A stretch of DNA of 63,038 bases, filler included, from Licmophora abbreviata (taxonomy: Eukaryota): the NCBI GenBank assembly GCA_900291995.1. It is 11 parts of 11 records of this genome, joined end to end, with 100 filler letters (N's around TTAATTAATTAA, not from the genome) between each part and the next. Parts side by side here need not be neighbours in the genome. Positions count along the whole stretch, not along the records: positions 60,999 to 63,038 come from OLMU01000148.1; 10 more parts are not named here. One strand, given 5' to 3'. The notes under the pieces are model-generated. The model saw only the letters and a program-made list of their open reading frames with translations. It did no database searches and was not told the DNA's origin. This document shows, in pieces, positions 61,061 through 63,038 of the stretch; the stretch's first letter is position 1, and each line of letters opens with the position of its first letter. Position numbers and translations under genes: made by a program.

Positions 61061-61951
61061 TTATTGATCCGTATAACTGTCGTCGGCTTCGTCGTCAAAG
61101 TCATCAGTCTCTAAGCCGAGTCTACGTTCTTCCGCACGAATCTCGCTATCAAACTTCCAACCCTTCAGCGCGTATCCTCTCGTCAGAATGTCTCTAGCAT
61201 GAGTTGCGAAGCGTTCAAGTCGGTCTGTGTCAAACCTCTCTGCGAATGGATCGTCGAACTTGTACTCCTTCATTATCCATTTGCGCTGGTGTTCGCCATT
61301 GCGTATAGAGTGAAGATACCGATCCACCTGCGCCTCGCGCCACAGTTCACCATGCGAAAAGCAATCCGATTCCTGTTCAAAGTTCTCCCTAGCATAGGCA
61401 TGATAATATTCGGAGCGAGAGAAAAGCTCATCGTCGCGATCCACAGGAGGCGTCATGGAAAACATGTCAGCGCCGCTCCCGCCCTCGAGTGCCTTGAGTT
61501 GTTGCTCCTCGCGTTGCCGAAAGTCACGCTCGTCATGCTCGTTCCCGGGAAGAATCACTTTGGTGCATCGAATGCAAGTTCGATAGAGTGATCGAGTCGC
61601 GGCTCCTGCTTCCCGGAGAAGTTCCATCTGCTCGTTCAGAAGGAGAGCCAGTTCGAGTTGGTCTTGCTTTGCTTTCTCGGCAGCGAGTTTGTTTGCATGA
61701 GGATGCTCTGTTTTTACCTTCTCTTGGTCAGTTTCAGTACTCAGAGACTTAAGGCCCTCTTCTAGACTAGCGCGTCTGTCAGCCAGTGTCGTTCTGCCGG
61801 AGCGCTGATCGCTCGAGGGTGAGGCGGTGGTGCCACCGCGACACCGACGGGCGCCACCATTCGAAAGATGACATCCAAATGTTGACCACTTTCCATTCCA
61901 CCGGACTAACTTGTGTTCAACAATAATACGCGACACTCCTCTTCTGCTCAT
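61061..61951 (-). CDS. Uncharacterised protein, possibly mitochondrial with an LYR-like segment
   Basis: 296-aa ORF with an Arg-rich, acid-poor N-terminus and TRSLYRTCIR. Confidence 0.55.
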   Translation of the reverse strand: MSRRGVSRIIVEHKLVRWNGKWSTFGCHLSNGGARRCRGGTTASPSSDQRSGRTTLADRRASLEEGLKSLSTETDQEKVKTEHPHANKLAAEKAKQDQLELALLLNEQMELLREAGAATRSLYRTCIRCTKVILPGNEHDERDFRQREEQQLKALEGGSGADMFSMTPPVDRDDELFSRSEYYHAYARENFEQESDCFSHGELWREAQVDRYLHSIRNGEHQRKWIMKEYKFDDPFAERFDTDRLERFATHARDILTRGYALKGWKFDSEIRAEERRLGLETDDFDDEADDSYTDQ

Positions 61952-62256
61952 GTTTCAACGATATCAGATGACTGGAACGGCACACTAAGAGAGTACGCAC
62001 ATCATCATGAGAGAGTGAAGAGAGAGTTGTCGCTCTAAAGTACCCGGAGATTGGTCTCGTATTTGAAGCGCCGACGACGATTATGATTGGCTCCTTGGAT
62101 CTCACCCAAAGGACCTCGTTTCTTTTATTACTCATATCAAAATTCACCTTAACTGCTAAACAATCATTACAATATAGTACGCCGATGGAGACAGCAGAAC
62201 AGCATACCATTTCACATTGCTACGAAGCCCTTGCTCTCCTCGTCCATCTCTCAAAC

Positions 62257-63038
62257 ATGCGCACCCCACTTCCTCGTCTATATCTGGGAACGATGACGTT
62301 CGGCTGGACAGCCCAGACGTCTTCCGTCGTTGACGAATCTGTGGCACTCGAAATGGTCAATCTGTTTGTCGAACACAACGAAGCTGCCGACGTTGCGACC
62401 CATCACATCGACACAGCTCGGATCTATGCGGGTGGAAAGACAGAGCCCATTGTTGGTCACGTACTAAAGAAATGCATGAATCCCGCGAAAGGTGGCAGTA
62501 TCTTGGTTGGCACCAAGGCACACCCCTCCGTCGAGCACGGCCTGTCGTCGACGGGGATTCGAGCTCAGATTAAGGACTCTCTGGAGGCAATGCACATCCG
62601 CTCACTCGCCGAGTACTACCTTCATCAACCAGATACAGAGAACTCGCTGCTAGAGAGCTTGCAGTGTGCGCACGAGCTCGTTTCAGAAGGCCTTGTATCG
62701 ACGGTTGGGATGAGCAACTACCACGTGAGCGAGATGGAGAGAGCCTTTCGGCTTTGCGATGAATACAACCTGACGCCGCCTAGCGTTTACCAAGGGCTTT
62801 ACAATCCTCTAAATCGAGCAGTGGAGGACGAGCTGCTGCCACTGCTAAAGAAGAACAATTGCTCCTTTATTGCATACAATCCTCTGGCGGCCGGGTTGTT
62901 GGCGGGCAAGCACATTAAGCTGGACGATGTCAAAGAAGGTCGCTTCAAGGACAATCCCAATTATCTTCCTAGATTCTACACCGATGCAAATTTTCAAGCC
63001 ATTGAAAGAATTCGGTCCGCCTGTGACGAAGCGGGGGT
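62257..63038 (+). CDS. Aldo/keto reductase (aflatoxin aldehyde reductase AKR7-like), runs off window end
   Basis: Manual translation gives LYLGTMTFG, IDTARIYAGGKTE, TKAHP, YYLHQPD, VGMSNY, PSVYQGLYNPLNRAVEDELLP, AYNPLAAGLLAGKH. Confidence 0.9.
   Translation, partial: MRTPLPRLYLGTMTFGWTAQTSSVVDESVALEMVNLFVEHNEAADVATHHIDTARIYAGGKTEPIVGHVLKKCMNPAKGGSILVGTKAHPSVEHGLSSTGIRAQIKDSLEAMHIRSLAEYYLHQPDTENSLLESLQCAHELVSEGLVSTVGMSNYHVSEMERAFRLCDEYNLTPPSVYQGLYNPLNRAVEDELLPLLKKNNCSFIAYNPLAAGLLAGKHIKLDDVKEGRFKDNPNYLPRFYTDANFQAIERIRSACDEAG

Noticed and set aside
130..62460. Numerous 60-190 aa antisense or alternate-frame ORFs in the track
   Set aside because: Shadow ORFs overlapping well-supported genes in moderately GC-rich sequence, with no motifs.

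Overview
Gene-dense eukaryotic nuclear scaffold, most likely from a diatom or related photosynthetic stramenopile. The inference rests on short GT-AG introns, intergenic spacers of only tens to hundreds of bp, and many bipartite signal-plus-plastid presequences. About 31 protein-coding genes are visible. I found no rRNA, tRNA, CRISPR or clear transposon. Ten 100-nt N/TTAATTAATTAA/N blocks are artificial assembly linkers, and several genes run through them. Five single-base frameshifts all sit in homopolymer runs and look like sequencing errors. Most notable observations: (1) an apparent single-chain tandem Kir-Kir inward-rectifier K+ channel whose second GYG filter needs a 2-nt microexon; (2) a protein of five tandem bacterial-type PH (bPH_1) domains, a candidate single-chain pentameric ring; (3) a presequence-bearing MerT-like + HMA fusion, with a MerA-like flavoprotein on the same scaffold; (4) an F-box/SNF2/RING protein with an inserted bromodomain; (5) an ArfGAP-like/DENN/IQ fusion with Lys at the arginine-finger position; (6) an intronless bacterial-type flavin monooxygenase; (7) a chlamydial-type tRNA-guanine transglycosylase; (8) MCM9 with an in-frame stop. 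All family calls come from recognising motifs by eye, not from database searches.
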